Positions 25,702-34,834 of a stretch of 43,555 bases of DNA are shown here, piece after piece (positions within the stretch are counted from its first letter, which is position 1; every line of letters begins with the position of its first letter). Source of the stretch: Deltaproteobacteria bacterium (GTDB lineage Bacteria > Desulfobacterota > Binatia > UBA12015). Location: the NCBI GenBank assembly GCA_046583355.1, contig JAYGCM010000036.1, positions 1 to 43,555 on the forward strand, in the 5' to 3' direction. Under the pieces are notes generated by a model. The model ran no database searches. It saw only the letters and a program-made list of their open reading frames with translations, and was not told where the DNA came from. Both the position numbers and the translations under genes were made by a program.

Positions 25702-27699
25702 ATGATGAAGCGGTTGGGCAAATGGTTTCTGGTCGGGCTCGCCGGCCTGGTCGGGATTCTTGTTGTGGTAGCGCTGGCAGGCTGGGGCTGGCTCGCCCTG
25801 CGCGATCGCGAAGCCGCCGCAAGGCTGGGCGACCGCGCGGAGATTCTGCGCAGCGACGGCATTCAGGCGCGCGACCTGAACCGCAATGGCCGCCTCGACC
25901 CCTATGAAGATCCGCGCGCCGATATCGATGCCCGCATCGAGGATCTGCTCGAAGAGATGACCATCCCCGAGAAAATCGGCCTGATGCTCCAGCCCCCGAT
26001 CTACATGGGCGAGGGCGGCACGCTCGTGCAGAACCCGATGCAGCAGGGCTTCAGCAGCGATGATGGAATCGCGCTGCGCCACCTGCGCCATTTCAATATC
26101 GTGAACTCCCTGACGTGCCGCGAGATGGCCGAATGGAACAACCGCCTGCAGGAACTCGCAGAGCGAGCCCGACTCGGCATTCCCGTGACTCTGAGCTCCG
26201 ACCCGCGCCATGGCCTGCGCGATGCCGGCCGGGCGACCAGCGTACGCACCGACTCCTTTTCACTCTGGCCCGAGCCGATCGGGCTGGCCGCGACACGCAA
26301 TGCGGCGCTCGTGCAGCGATTCGGCGAGATCGCGAACCAGGAATACCGCGCCGTCGGCATCCGCCTGGCCCTACACCCGATGGCCGACCTTGCCACCGAG
26401 CCGCGCTGGGCACGTATCGTCGGCACCTTCGGCGAGGACGCCGCTCTCTCGGCCGAGATGACGGGTGCGTACATCCGTGGCTTTCAGGGTAAAGAACTCG
26501 GCCCCGAGAGCGTCGCCTGCATGACCAAGCATTTCTCCGGCGGCGGCCCGCAGGAAGACGGCCTGGACGCGCATTTCAGCTACGGCGGCAACCAGGCCTA
26601 CCCGGGCGACAACTTCGCCGAGCATCTGATCCCCTTCGAGGCCGCCTTCGCGGCCGGCACGGCGCAGATCATGCCCTATTACGGCATTCCTGTCGGACAG
26701 ACCTCCGAAGACGTCGCGATGGGCTTCAACAAGGAGATCATCACCGGGCTGCTGCGCGAACGCTACGGCTTCGACGGTGTCGTCTGCACGGATTGGAGCA
26801 TTGTAGAGCCGCTCGGCATCGGCCCGCTTGAGATGATTCACGCCAAGGCGCATGGCGTCGAAGACCTCTCCATCCCCGAGCGTTATATCAAGGCGCTTGA
26901 CGCCGGCATCGATCAATTCGGTGGCGAGATCTATCCCGAAACCCTCATTGAATTGGTCGAATCGAATCGCGTCTCAGAGGCCAGGATCGACATCTCCCTG
27001 CGCCGTATCCTGCGCGATAAATTTCGCCTCGGCCTCTTCGACGACCCCTACGTCGACCCCGATGCCGCCAGCGAAATCTGCGGCCAGGAGGCGTTCCTCC
27101 GCGCCGGCGAACAGGCGCAGCGCGAATCGATCATTCTACTGCAGAATGCCGTCAAGCCCGGAGCCCAGGGAAAGTTTCTGCCGCTGCCGGCGACCGCAAG
27201 CGTGTACGTCGAAGGTTTCGACCCTGCTGTCGTCGCACGCTACGCGACCGTCGCGGATACAATCGAAGAAGCCGACGTCGTACTCCTGCGCACCCGCACG
27301 CCCTACCGGGCACCGCCGCCGCCCGGCGGCATCGGCGACCGGATCTTCGGCACCATCTTCAATCAGGGCGACCTCGATTATGAAGAAGAGGAGCGCGCCC
27401 GCCTGCGCGGCATCGCCGCGACGAAACCCACCATTTTGGTGATCTACCTCGACCGCCCGGCCGTGCTCGAAGGCGTCGCTGATAAAATGGCTGGAATCGT
27501 CGCTCATTTCGGTGCTTCCGACGAAGCCCTGCTGGACGTGATCATGGGGCGCTTCCGCCCCAAAGGCCGGCTGCCCTTCGAGTTGCCTTCTTCCATGGCC
27601 GCCGTGCGCCAGCAGGCCGAAGACCTGCCCTACGACTCGGAAGCTCCCCTCTTTCCCTTTGATTTCGGCCTCACTTACCAGGAGGAACAAGCCTCATGA
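25702..27699 (+). CDS. Glycoside hydrolase family 3 beta-glucosidase, N-terminally membrane anchored
   Basis: TM helix; RLGIPV, EPRWARIVGTFGED, TKHF, nucleophile motif VVCTDW, PKGRLPFELP. Confidence 0.93.
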   Translation: MMKRLGKWFLVGLAGLVGILVVVALAGWGWLALRDREAAARLGDRAEILRSDGIQARDLNRNGRLDPYEDPRADIDARIEDLLEEMTIPEKIGLMLQPPIYMGEGGTLVQNPMQQGFSSDDGIALRHLRHFNIVNSLTCREMAEWNNRLQELAERARLGIPVTLSSDPRHGLRDAGRATSVRTDSFSLWPEPIGLAATRNAALVQRFGEIANQEYRAVGIRLALHPMADLATEPRWARIVGTFGEDAALSAEMTGAYIRGFQGKELGPESVACMTKHFSGGGPQEDGLDAHFSYGGNQAYPGDNFAEHLIPFEAAFAAGTAQIMPYYGIPVGQTSEDVAMGFNKEIITGLLRERYGFDGVVCTDWSIVEPLGIGPLEMIHAKAHGVEDLSIPERYIKALDAGIDQFGGEIYPETLIELVESNRVSEARIDISLRRILRDKFRLGLFDDPYVDPDAASEICGQEAFLRAGEQAQRESIILLQNAVKPGAQGKFLPLPATASVYVEGFDPAVVARYATVADTIEEADVVLLRTRTPYRAPPPPGGIGDRIFGTIFNQGDLDYEEEERARLRGIAATKPTILVIYLDRPAVLEGVADKMAGIVAHFGASDEALLDVIMGRFRPKGRLPFELPSSMAAVRQQAEDLPYDSEAPLFPFDFGLTYQEEQAS

Positions 27700-29261
27700 C
27701 TCTCTCTACTCTCGATGCTGCCATCGTTGCGCTCTATATCGTCATCCTTCTCGGCATTGCCTGGTGGGTCTCGCGCGAGAAAGAAGGCCACGCCAAAGAT
27801 GCGCAGGATTATTTCCTCGCCGCGCGCTCGCTTCCCTGGTGGGCCGTCGGCACCTCGCTGATCGCGGCGAATATCTCGGCCGAACAGATCATCGGCATGA
27901 GCGGCTCGGGCTATGTGATCGGCCTGGGCATCGCCGCCTACGAATGGATGGCCGCCATCACGCTGCTCCTGGTCGGTAAATTCCTCGTGCCCATCTTTCT
28001 CGAGCGACGCATCGACACGATGCCGCAGTTCCTCGAACAGCGCTACGACCACCGCGTCCGCACGCTGCTGGCGATCTTCTGGATCGGCGTCTATGTTTTC
28101 GTGAATCTCACTTCCGTGCTTTACCTGGGCGGGCTCGCGCTGCATACCGCCACCGGCGTGACACCCTTCCAGGGGATCCTCTTCCTCGCCGTGCTCTCAC
28201 TCGCCTATTCGATTTACGGCGGCCTCAAGGCCGTCGCGCTCACCGATGTCATTCAGGTCTGCGTCCTGGCGGCCGGCGGCCAGGCGGTCACGATCCTCGC
28301 GCTGGACGAGGTGGCCGGCGGTACTGGGGCGGTGGCGGGGTTTGGCATCCTGCTCGAGAAAGCACCCGCGCATTTCGACATGATCCTCTCCTCGGACCAC
28401 CCCAACTACGCGCAGCTCCCCGGCCTCTCGGTGCTGATCGGCGGCATGTGGATCGCCAACCTCTCCTATTGGGGATTCAACCAATACATCACCCAGCGGG
28501 CGCTGGCGGCGCATGATGTGCGCGAGGCGCAGAAGGGCATCGCACTGGCGGCCTTTTTGAAGATCCTCATGCCGATCATCGTGGTCGTGCCTGGCATCGC
28601 CGCGGTCGTGCTCTCGCCTGACCTCGCCAAACCCGACCAGGCCTATCCCGAGATGATGAAGCTGCTGCCGCCGGGCCTCTTCGGGCTGACCTTCGCCGCG
28701 CTGATCGCCGCGATCATTTCCTCCTTGAGTTCGATGACCAACAGCATCGCAACCATCTTCACGCTGGATCTCTACCGCGGCGCCTTCCACCACGAAGACG
28801 CGCCGGCGGCGCGCATGGTCCGGATCGGCCGCGCCACCACCATCGTGTCGCTGCTGATCGCCGTGGCGATTGCCGAACCACTCCTTGGCAGCCTCGACCA
28901 GGCCTTCCAATACATCCAGGAATTCACCGGCTTCTTCACCCCCGGCATCCTGCTGATCTTCCTCTTCGGCCTCTTCTGGCCGAAAGCGTCCTCACGCACG
29001 GCATTGGTTGCGGCCATCGGCTCGGTCGCCCTCTCCCTCGTGTTCAAATTCGCCTGGCCCGAGCTGCCCTTCCTCGATCGCATGGCGCTGGTCTTCCTTT
29101 GCTCAGGCGCATCCGCCATCGCGGCAACGCCGCGCGGTGGCGTGGCCGACCCGAAGGCCCTGAAGCTTGCGCATTACGATTTCTCGACAACCAAGTCCTA
29201 CAATATTGCGTCACTCGGCGTCTGCCTGGTCGTCGCCGCCCTCTATGCCGCTTGGTGGTGA
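27696..29261 (+). CDS. Sodium/sugar symporter (SSS family, SglT-like)
   Basis: YFLAARSLPWWAVGTSLIAANISAEQIIGMSGSG, YGGLKAVALTDVIQ, YWGFNQYITQRALAA; multi-TM; ATGA overlap with GH3. Confidence 0.93.
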   Translation: MTLSTLDAAIVALYIVILLGIAWWVSREKEGHAKDAQDYFLAARSLPWWAVGTSLIAANISAEQIIGMSGSGYVIGLGIAAYEWMAAITLLLVGKFLVPIFLERRIDTMPQFLEQRYDHRVRTLLAIFWIGVYVFVNLTSVLYLGGLALHTATGVTPFQGILFLAVLSLAYSIYGGLKAVALTDVIQVCVLAAGGQAVTILALDEVAGGTGAVAGFGILLEKAPAHFDMILSSDHPNYAQLPGLSVLIGGMWIANLSYWGFNQYITQRALAAHDVREAQKGIALAAFLKILMPIIVVVPGIAAVVLSPDLAKPDQAYPEMMKLLPPGLFGLTFAALIAAIISSLSSMTNSIATIFTLDLYRGAFHHEDAPAARMVRIGRATTIVSLLIAVAIAEPLLGSLDQAFQYIQEFTGFFTPGILLIFLFGLFWPKASSRTALVAAIGSVALSLVFKFAWPELPFLDRMALVFLCSGASAIAATPRGGVADPKALKLAHYDFSTTKSYNIASLGVCLVVAALYAAWW

Positions 29262-29301
29262 CGTCTGGGCAAGCATCCGAAACTCTGCGCTTGTTCGAGC
29301 C

Positions 29302-31680
29302 TCAATCGGAGAGGGTCACAAGCGTTGGAACGATCTGCTTCGCGTCGAGTTCCTGTGCTGATTCGGCGATGACGAAACGCCCCTCCAGGGAGGTGTCCTC
29401 GGCCGAGCTGCCGACGTAGACGGCGAATTCGCCGGGTTCCACGAGGAAGCGCATATCGCGCGCGTGGAAGGCGAGCTGGCTTGCGTGCAGGGCGAAGGTC
29501 ACGCGCCTGGAGGCACCGGCGGCGAGTTCGACGCGGGCAAAACCGACCAATTGACGGATCGGGCGCGTCACCTCGGCGACGAGATCCTGCACATAGAGCT
29601 GCACCACGTCGATGCCGTCGCGCTCACTGGTATTGCGAACCACGCACGAGATAGTGCAGACGCGCTCGGCGCCCGGGGCGTGCATCTCGATTGTCAGATC
29701 GTCGCGGACGAATTCCGCGTAGCTGAGACCATGGCCGAAGGGGAAGAGCGGTGTCGCCGGCGCATCGACATAATCGGCTTCGAACAGGCCCAGAGCTTTA
29801 GCCGTCTCCCATTTGCGACTATAATAAATTGGCACCTGGCCCACCTCGCGCGGCATGGTGACGGGCAGCCGGCCCGAGGCATCCACCCGGCCTGTGAGCA
29901 CGTCGGCGATGCCGTGGCCGCCCTCCTCGCCGGGCAGCCAGGCCTCGACCATGGCGCTGGCATTCTCCTGGATCCACGGCAGCGCGAAGATGCGCCCACC
30001 TACCAGCACGACGATGGTCGGGGTTCCGGTCGCCACCACGGCTTCGACCAATTGCTGCTGTGCGCCGCTCAGCGAGAGCGACGCCGCGTCGCGGAACTCG
30101 CCACTGGTGCAACCCGGCACCAGACCGGAGCGACCGCCGACAAAGACGAGTGCCACCTCGGCTTGCTGCGCCGCCTGAACGGCAGCCTCGATTCCCGAAG
30201 GATCTGGATCAACGATCTCGCAGCCTTTGGCCACCAGGAACTCCGCGTCGGGCAGAGCCGCGCGCAGACCCTCGAGCGGCGTAACCATCGGCGGGAAGAA
30301 AGGCCCCGGCGCGAAGGCAACCTCGTCGGCGCGTGGCAGGATGCCGCCCGCGTCCTCTTCGCTTTGTTTGTAGATGATCTCGAGGTGCGCCGGGTAATGG
30401 TAATCGCCTTCGAGCAGACGCTCGTCGTCGGCTGCGGGGCCGATGACGGCGATTTTCTTCGTATCCGGCGCCAGCGGCAGGATACCGTCGTTGGTCAACA
30501 ATACGATGGATTCGGCGGCCAGGCGCCGCGCCAGCGCTCGCGCCGCTGGGGTCTGGTAGGGCACGTCGGCAGCCGCGGCATCGACATAGGGCTCCTCGAA
30601 GAGACCGAGTTCGAATTTGAGTGCGAGCACGCGCTTGACGGAACGGTCGAGCACGGCCGTATCCAGCGCCCCCTCCTCGATCAGCCGAGGCAGTTCCGCG
30701 TAGCAATCCGTCGCCGGCAGCTCGACATCGAGGCCGGCTTCCAGCGCCATCTTCGCAGCCGCGGCCTTGTCCGCCGCGACACGATGCGCGTCGATCAGGA
30801 GATTCGTGGTGAAATAATCGGCGACGACGAGACCATCAAACCCGAGTTCGCCACGCAGGAGGTCGTCGAGAATCTCGCGGGAGCCGCCGCACGGCAGACC
30901 ATCGACCTCGTTGTAGGCGTTCATGACCGAGCGGAGGCCGGCTTCCTGGATCGCCGCGAGGAAGGGCCGCGCGTAGACCTCACGCAGGTCACGCGCGCCG
31001 ATATGGGCCGGCTTGTGGTTATGGCCGCCCTCGGAGAGTCCGTAGCCAAGGAAATGCTTGCCGGTAGCGGCGACGCCCGAGCGCAGATCGCTGCCCTGCA
31101 CGCCGCGCACATAAGCAACGCCGATGCGGCTTGCGAGGTAGGCATCCTCGCCGTAGGTCTCCTCGACGCGCCCCCAGCGTGGGTCGCGCGCAATATCCAG
31201 CACAGGTGCCAGCGTGAGACGGGCGCCGACGGCAAGCATCTGGCGCCGGATCAGATCACCGGCCTGCAGGACAAGTTCCGGATCCCAGGTCGCGGCGAGC
31301 GCGATGCCCTGCGGCAGCTGATCGGCGTCGCGCGCCGTAAACCCGCCGACACTCTCCTCATGCACCAGTCCCGGAATACCGAGCCGCGTCTCCTCGACGA
31401 GATAGCGCTGGATTGCGTTCATGAAGGCCGCGTTCTCGCGCGGACGCAGCCCGGTGGCCGCAGCGATGCGGGTGACCTGTCCGGTTCCGTCCGGGACAAA
31501 GGCCTTGGCCCGCGCGGTGGAGAATTGCTCGTCCTCGACGAGCGCCACCGACCAGATGCAGCCGATCTGCGCGACCTTCTCGGCAATCGTCATGCGCGCG
31601 AGAAGATCCGCTACGCGCTCGGGCACAGGGCGTTTCGCGTCGCGGTAGCCCGCGCGGTTCATCGAATCAGACATACTCAT
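29302..31680 (-). CDS. Glycoside hydrolase family 3 beta-glucosidase/beta-xylosidase (cytoplasmic, C-terminal FnIII-like domain)
   Basis: TRLGIP, RDPRWGRVEETYGED, GKHF, VVADYF nucleophile, PSG/ASGRLP, FPFGHGLSY, VVQLYVQD; no signal peptide. Confidence 0.94.
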   Translation of the reverse strand: MSMSDSMNRAGYRDAKRPVPERVADLLARMTIAEKVAQIGCIWSVALVEDEQFSTARAKAFVPDGTGQVTRIAAATGLRPRENAAFMNAIQRYLVEETRLGIPGLVHEESVGGFTARDADQLPQGIALAATWDPELVLQAGDLIRRQMLAVGARLTLAPVLDIARDPRWGRVEETYGEDAYLASRIGVAYVRGVQGSDLRSGVAATGKHFLGYGLSEGGHNHKPAHIGARDLREVYARPFLAAIQEAGLRSVMNAYNEVDGLPCGGSREILDDLLRGELGFDGLVVADYFTTNLLIDAHRVAADKAAAAKMALEAGLDVELPATDCYAELPRLIEEGALDTAVLDRSVKRVLALKFELGLFEEPYVDAAAADVPYQTPAARALARRLAAESIVLLTNDGILPLAPDTKKIAVIGPAADDERLLEGDYHYPAHLEIIYKQSEEDAGGILPRADEVAFAPGPFFPPMVTPLEGLRAALPDAEFLVAKGCEIVDPDPSGIEAAVQAAQQAEVALVFVGGRSGLVPGCTSGEFRDAASLSLSGAQQQLVEAVVATGTPTIVVLVGGRIFALPWIQENASAMVEAWLPGEEGGHGIADVLTGRVDASGRLPVTMPREVGQVPIYYSRKWETAKALGLFEADYVDAPATPLFPFGHGLSYAEFVRDDLTIEMHAPGAERVCTISCVVRNTSERDGIDVVQLYVQDLVAEVTRPIRQLVGFARVELAAGASRRVTFALHASQLAFHARDMRFLVEPGEFAVYVGSSAEDTSLEGRFVIAESAQELDAKQIVPTLVTLSD

Positions 31681-34139
31681 TATTCTCCCTGTCTTGCGCC
31701 GGCCGGCGCGGACACCAATACGCCTGGGTGGCGCAGACCGAGTTTGCGGCGACTATAGACCTTCTCCCGCCCCGGCAGGGAGAGTTCGGCGTAGAGCACG
31801 AGCTCTTTTGTTGCGGGAACTTCGAGCGGAAGCGAAATCTCCACGCGACCAAGCGCCGGGATGGCGACTTCCTGTACCTCGGAGACCGCGAGGATGGCAC
31901 CAGCGACGCTCGCCGCCACCAGCCGCACGGTGCCCGCCGCCATCGCATATTCGTCGTTGATCAGAGTCACCGGAACGGCCACGGCGCGACCGCGCGGATA
32001 CGCCTCCTCGGACCATTTTTCGAGGTAGATCGCCACGGGCGCGAAGGCGCTGCGCGCGTCGCGCCGCCAGCGCGGCTCGAGAACCAGGTTCTCGATATCG
32101 ATGAAATTATCACAGGTGAAGCTTGCTTCCTGCGGCTCGAAATCCTCGCGCACCGTATCCGGGTCGGTACATTTTCCGAGGTAGAGGAAATGCTGCACAC
32201 CGGCGTAGCCGCGCCGCGAGCGCCAGAAGGCCGTGATCTCGGAGATGAGGTAGGCGTACATCTCGCGACGCTCCTCCGGTGCGAGTTCGGCCCCGCCCGC
32301 ATAGCGCGCGAAGACATCCCCGGTGAGCGGGGTCGGTTTGCTGCCATCGCGGGTAAACCAGAGCCACCCGTATTCGTTGTTGATGTAGGGATGCGACGCA
32401 GCATCGCTGCCGTTCCAGCTCGAAAAGACGCCGTCGCCGGCTTTGAGCGGTGGTTTTCCCGGATGATCGTCCAGATCCGCGAGTTCGTAATCGCGGCTAT
32501 TCGAATTCATGAAGGACTCGCCGTTGAGGATATAGGGGTGTTCCTCGAGCGGATCATCGGGCCGATCCGGCGGACCGAAGCTGCCCGATTCCCAGGCCCG
32601 CGTCGCATCGAGATGACGCAGGCGCGGCACCAGCTCGTAGGGCAGCGGAGAATTCGTCTCGTTCGAGGCATCCCACCAGCCGATACTCGGATGGTTCACG
32701 GATTCGCGGACCCAGCCCGAGTACTCCTTTTCCATCTCTGCAAGCGACCAATTCGCGACTTCCGAGCCCGGCGCGAAGGGCGCGAAGGATTGGAATTCGT
32801 CGGTGACGATCAATCCGACCTCGTCTGCCACATCGTACCAAATATGCGGCGCCCGGCCGATATGGAAGCGAAACGAATTCCAGCCGAGTTCTTTGGGAAG
32901 TTCGCCGAGCAGGCGCTCGACCCAGGAGCGATCCCAAGGCAAGCGACCACGGTCCTGGTCTTCGAGGAAGCGGTGGAACGCGATATTGGTCCCGCGCAAG
33001 GGGTAGAGGCGACCGTTCAGGTAGAAACCGGGTGCCTCGCCGCCGCGCCATTCGACCTCGCGCATGCCGAAGCGGACCACCGTGTCGTCCGACGCAACGC
33101 CCGCAGCACTGGTGAGCGTGGTGCGCAGCAGGAGCAGCGCCGGGTCTTCGGGTGTCCAGAGCGGCGCGCCATCGAGTGGCACGTCGCGGACGATCTCCAC
33201 GGTCTCGCCCGCCGCAACCACCACCTCGGCAATGAGCGGCTCGGCCGCCGCCCCCGGCCACCCGGTTACGGCGTAGCGCAGCTGCAGGCGCGCATCTTCG
33301 GCCGTCGCATTGCGCACCAGCGACTGAACACGCGCCACCATGGAATCGAGATCGGGCTCGATGCGGGTATGCACGATCGAATGCGCTCCCGTGTAGACGA
33401 TGGCGACCGAGTCCCAGAGGCCGGGATACCAGCGATGCTTCTCACTATCGGCACCGGCCGGAATGAAGACCGGCAGCTGGCTCCGGTCGGCGCCGACGCG
33501 AATCAACAACTCGTTTTCGGCACCGGCGCGAATCACGCCTGTCAGATCATATTCCGAGAGGGTGAAGGGACCGTAATGTTCGCCCAGAGGCACGCCGTTC
33601 AACCAGGCTTTCGCCCCGTATTTCGCCTTATGCACACAGAGGAAGGCCTGGGCGGCCAACTCGGTCGGGGCGCGGAAGGTCGTGCGGTACCAGAAGGCCT
33701 CGCGCCTGCTGCTGGCGATGCCGACATCCGCAAACGGCGGCTCCGCCTCGGTGACCAGGCCCGGCACGGGTACGCGACGGTCGAAACGATCGGGCGGTAT
33801 GTCGCCCATCTTCCCCTCCGCCAACTCCCAGACACCGTCGAGACTCCGGATGCGACGCACGGCCTCACCGCGATCGACCTGGCTGCCATGACAGGCCGCC
33901 ACCGGGTACGCACCGGCGACCGTCGCGTCGCGATGCGGCGAGGGCGGGAACTCTTGCAGGTACGGCTCGAGCACCGGCCAGACGACGGGCCCGAGCGTCT
34001 CGAAGAGCGCCCGGCCGACCTGCATCGGCCACCAGGAGGCAGCGGCGCCCAGCAGCAGCAGGCCACCGATGAGGCCGAGGAAAATCCGCAGTACAGCCCG
34101 CAGCCGCCGGCGTGGAGGGTCGAGTTTTTTGTCTGTCAC
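31680..34139 (-). CDS. Glycoside hydrolase family 2 protein with N-terminal membrane anchor
   Basis: SLDGVW, FGMREV, FYLNG..YPLRGTN, ADEVGLIV, NHPSIGWWDASNE (acid/base), NNEYG (nucleophile). Start uncertain (GTG 34139 or TTG 34163). Confidence 0.85.
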   Translation of the reverse strand: MTDKKLDPPRRRLRAVLRIFLGLIGGLLLLGAAASWWPMQVGRALFETLGPVVWPVLEPYLQEFPPSPHRDATVAGAYPVAACHGSQVDRGEAVRRIRSLDGVWELAEGKMGDIPPDRFDRRVPVPGLVTEAEPPFADVGIASSRREAFWYRTTFRAPTELAAQAFLCVHKAKYGAKAWLNGVPLGEHYGPFTLSEYDLTGVIRAGAENELLIRVGADRSQLPVFIPAGADSEKHRWYPGLWDSVAIVYTGAHSIVHTRIEPDLDSMVARVQSLVRNATAEDARLQLRYAVTGWPGAAAEPLIAEVVVAAGETVEIVRDVPLDGAPLWTPEDPALLLLRTTLTSAAGVASDDTVVRFGMREVEWRGGEAPGFYLNGRLYPLRGTNIAFHRFLEDQDRGRLPWDRSWVERLLGELPKELGWNSFRFHIGRAPHIWYDVADEVGLIVTDEFQSFAPFAPGSEVANWSLAEMEKEYSGWVRESVNHPSIGWWDASNETNSPLPYELVPRLRHLDATRAWESGSFGPPDRPDDPLEEHPYILNGESFMNSNSRDYELADLDDHPGKPPLKAGDGVFSSWNGSDAASHPYINNEYGWLWFTRDGSKPTPLTGDVFARYAGGAELAPEERREMYAYLISEITAFWRSRRGYAGVQHFLYLGKCTDPDTVREDFEPQEASFTCDNFIDIENLVLEPRWRRDARSAFAPVAIYLEKWSEEAYPRGRAVAVPVTLINDEYAMAAGTVRLVAASVAGAILAVSEVQEVAIPALGRVEISLPLEVPATKELVLYAELSLPGREKVYSRRKLGLRHPGVLVSAPAGARQGE

Positions 34140-34171
34140 GTCAGTTGCGAGACATAACCGCAAATCCCACT

Positions 34172-34192
34172 TTGGTCAATCTGATTGACCAA
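34172..34192. promoter_or_regulatory. GTCAA-N5-TTGAC operator (box 6), perfect palindrome
   Basis: TTGGTCAATC T GATTGACCAA: perfect 10-bp arms, between marR stop and GH2 start. Confidence 0.78.
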
Positions 34193-34232
34193 GGGGAGCG
34201 CGGCTCCCACGCGGCATGGCGATGGGCGAGAC

Positions 34233-34727
34233 TCAGCCGGCCCGGTCTTCGGCGCGCTTCACGTCGATATGCTCGAGCAATCCGTCCAGACCCTCACGCA
34301 AAGCCAGCAATTCACGCGGCCCGACCATCTCGGCGTATTCATCCCAAACGCCTTCGACGATCTCTTGTGCGTCGCAGAGCAGGGCGAGGCCCGCTTCGCT
34401 GAGCCGGACGATCTTGGCCCGTCCGTCGGCCGGGTCCTTGATCCGCTCGACGTAGCCGAGGCGCTCGAGCTCATCGATACTGATTGCAATGGCCTGCTTG
34501 GTCACGCCGGCAGCACGGGCCAACTCGGTGATGCGGGCGCCCTCAAGCGGCAGAAGCGCGAGGACCGTGCCGTGCGGATTTTGCATTCCCTGATGCCCGC
34601 GGCGCCCGAACTCCGGCCCGACGCGACGGAAGAAGTCCTGGCTGATCCGCAGCAGAAGCCAGCCCAGGTTGTGCCGGCGGAACTGATCTACATCGGGAGC
34701 GCGGCGGCGTGCATTGCGTTTGGCCAT
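34233..34727 (-). CDS. MarR family transcriptional regulator
   Basis: GARITELARAAGVTKQAIAISIDELERLGYVERIKDPADGRAKIVRLSEAG winged HTH; GGGAGGAG RBS before ATG 34727. Confidence 0.92.
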   Translation of the reverse strand: MAKRNARRRAPDVDQFRRHNLGWLLLRISQDFFRRVGPEFGRRGHQGMQNPHGTVLALLPLEGARITELARAAGVTKQAIAISIDELERLGYVERIKDPADGRAKIVRLSEAGLALLCDAQEIVEGVWDEYAEMVGPRELLALREGLDGLLEHIDVKRAEDRAG

Positions 34728-34781
34728 CTCCTCCCACCGCTTAAAGACTTCCCGCAACCAAGGCAAGCCGGATACCCCGAA

Positions 34782-34802
34782 TAAGACAAGAAGGTTGACC
34801 AT
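34782..34802. promoter_or_regulatory. GTCAA-N5-TTGAC operator (box 7) in marR / DUF3604 divergent promoter
   Basis: TAA GACAA GAAGG TTGAC CAT. Confidence 0.6.
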
Positions 34803-34834
34803 CATAGCGTAAACACGCTACCCAGAACGACACC

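Noticed and set aside
25870..25912. EF-hand-like DLNRNGRLDPYED in GH3
   Set aside because: Common N-terminal feature of this GH3 subgroup, not novel.
29464..34157. 764-aa and 809-aa plus-strand ORFs
   Set aside because: Antisense shadows of GH3 and GH2 caused by codon bias in high-GC DNA.
34194..34208. GGGAGC-GCG-GCTCCC hairpin after marR
   Set aside because: Short stem with no convincing U-tract; cannot support as a terminator.
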